From: Eledone cirrhosa
Taxonomy: Eukaryota
NCBI GenBank assembly: GCA_964016885.1
Contig: OZ024751.1
Span: forward strand, 34,224,001 to 34,288,000
Direction: 5' to 3'
Length of the DNA: 64,000 bases
Shown: piece by piece, positions 61,940 through 64,000 of the stretch
How positions within the stretch are numbered: position 1 is the first letter of the stretch
How the letters are laid out: every line of letters starts with the position of its first letter
Notes under the pieces: model-generated
The model's database searches: none
What the model saw: only the letters and a program-made list of their open reading frames with translations
Told to the model about the DNA's origin: nothing
Made by a program: the position numbers and the translations under genes

Positions 61940-61986
<47 letters not shown>
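61738..61986. repeat. Forward-inverted-forward triplication embedded in TA/CA tracts
   Basis: atatgttacttatacagacac forward (~61745), inverted (~61798-61818) and forward again (~61923). Confidence 0.9.
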
Positions 61987-61987
<1 letters not shown>

Positions 61988-62173
61988 TCGTGTGTGTACA
62001 CGATTTAATGTTGTAACATTTCTAATATGTCATTCAGAGACTTGTTCTTGTTTGTGTAATATGTTGGATCGGGTTTTAATCAACTACCTATGTACTATTT
62101 GTCATTTACCACTTGATACCGCCATCTTATTTCTACCATCACTGACGTCACATCACCTCCAAATCATACAGTC

Positions 62174-62494
62174 ACACCGCTACCCAACCACACCGCCCCC
62201 TAACTACATCGCTACCCAACCACACCAATACCCCCCAACCTAACTACACCGCTACCCTGCCCCCTAACTATACCGCTACCCAACCACACCGCCCCCTAAC
62301 TATACCGCTACGCAACCACACCGCCCCCTAACTACACCGCTACCCCCCACCCTAACTATACCGCTACCCAACCACACCGCCCCCTAACTATACCGTTATC
62401 CAATCACACCGCCCCCTAACTACACCCCTACCCCCACCCTAACCACACCGCTACCCCCCACCCTAACTAAACCGCTACCCAACCACATCACCAT
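62174..62494. repeat. C-rich minisatellite containing CCCTAAC
   Basis: Units accgctacccaaccacaccgccccctaact and variants. Confidence 0.9.
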
Positions 62495-62693
62495 AACTTT
62501 TATTTCCCCATCGTTGTCGCAATTCTCCACTTTTGACAGGTGAACAAGTTCGAACAGATGTATAAATGAATATAAATACATGTATGTTTACACATACACA
62601 TACACACATCTAGGTGGATTTTGTCCGACTTTCTAAGCCGTCTTCGTAGCTATATCCTGCGTTCAATATTTGATATTTTTTACATTTTCTAAT

Positions 62694-62812
<119 letters not shown>

Positions 62813-62979
62813 GCAATTATGCCATGAGGTTTCTGGTTCCAGTCAGTACCGCCATTATCAATGTGTATGTTTTATTCCTTTTACTCTCTTTAGGCCTTCT
62901 CAATGAAATTCTCTAGACAGAAAGTTTTCAGATGAACCTGCTGGTCTTGTACCATTCTTTCTGTTTGTTCTATGACATA

Positions 62980-63183
62980 TTGGCAGAATCGGTAGAGCGT
63001 CAGACACCATGCTTTGCAGCATTGTTACGTCTCTTTATATTCTGAGTTCAAATCTCGCCGAGGTTAGTTTTGCCTTTCATCCTTACGGGGTCGATGAAAT
63101 AAAGTACCAGTAATGTACTGGGTTCGATTTAATCAACGATCCCCTCTCACCAAATTGCTGACTTTGTGCCTAAAGTAGAAATT
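62980..63183 (+). mobile_element. SINE family A, near full length
   Basis: tggcagaatcggtagagcgtcagac...gagttcaaatctcgccgagg...cctttcatccttacggggtcgat...gtaccag...gtgcctaaagtagaa. Confidence 0.92.
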
Positions 63184-63555
63184 CCAATTATTGTTATAGA
63201 TTTATAAGCTAAAATATTTAAATACACATTATAATTATAAAACATTTATAACTATGCTTCATTTATTGAATAATAAAGTAAAGTACTTTTTTAATTTCCT
63301 GTAGTTTAAATTATATTTATATTTTTAGACTAAAGTATGTACATGCACATTCTAAATATAAAGTGTCCAAAACTATTCTACGTTTATTAAATATAGATGT
63401 CAATACTTAATATTCTGTATTTATAATCATTGATATTTATATTCTAGAATATTTAAATACAAATTCTAAATATATATTATTGATAATTATATTTCATTTA
63501 TTAAATAAGTACTTAATAATATTCTATAGTTTAAGATATATATATTTATAGACTA

Positions 63556-63593
<38 letters not shown>

Positions 63594-63633
63594 TTATTTG
63601 TTTTAAAGTGAACTGCATGGAATGTAATGGATG

Positions 63634-63803
63634 GGTCTCCGTCTGTTTCGATGCAAAGTGTTCCAGTTGTTCGATCAACAGATCATCCGACTCGTGAAAT
63701 TAATGTACAAGTGACTCAGCGTTTTACAGACACGTGTACTTAATTCTTAGGGAGTTTCAGCGAGACACTCTGTGTCTAAATACAGGGCCAATGGAAAGCA
63801 GGT
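63634..63803 (-). mobile_element. SINE family B 3' part
   Basis: ttccagtt..tcgatcaac...ctcgtgaaattaat...cacgtgtacttaattcttagggagtttcagcg; matches the tail of 11781-11980. Confidence 0.7.
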
Positions 63804-64000
63804 CATCAAAACACCTTCCATTTCAACAATTTCTGGCACAAGGTTTGGGGCAATCTCAAGCTGTGCTGGATAATACCTTCCCAATATTCCAAAGAACGAG
63901 ATTGAACACAAGACTTTAGGATTTTGTTGCGACTTTCTTAAAGATTTATCCGATCTGCGTGCATGGTGCCACAAGCAAAGAACTTTTGAGAAACACTGCT

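Noticed and set aside
63984-63998. hAT-like terminal CAGTGTTTCTCAAA on the minus strand
   Set aside because: At the window edge, with no partner TIR or TSD identified

Overview
AT-rich, extremely microsatellite-dense eukaryotic (animal) DNA with no intact protein-coding gene that I can support. Almost every ORF in the track is a translation of (TA)n, (CA)n, (CT)n, tri- or pentanucleotide repeats. The repeat landscape suggests an octopod cephalopod, which is an inference only. Recognisable elements are a decayed L1/Tx1-clade LINE ORF2 (17420-18840), about 15 copies or fragments of a tRNA-headed SINE, a second SINE family, and many minisatellites and TA-embedded duplications or inversions. The most interesting signal is three long near-perfect palindromes (19309-19699, 32514-32884, 36241-36516) plus one long-spacer inverted repeat (47025-47965). 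They share no obvious primary sequence. All lie in segments bounded by (TA)n tracts, and all carry a minimal type-I hammerhead ribozyme fold with a self-complementary stem III (AGUACU, AUAUAUAU, ACCGGU, ACGAUCGU) reading outward. This matches the 3' ends (pseudo-LTRs) of Penelope-like retroelements, here surviving as small non-coding fold-back ribozyme cassettes. Several more degenerate solo hammerheads are scattered through the window. All structures were folded by eye and none has been tested computationally or experimentally.
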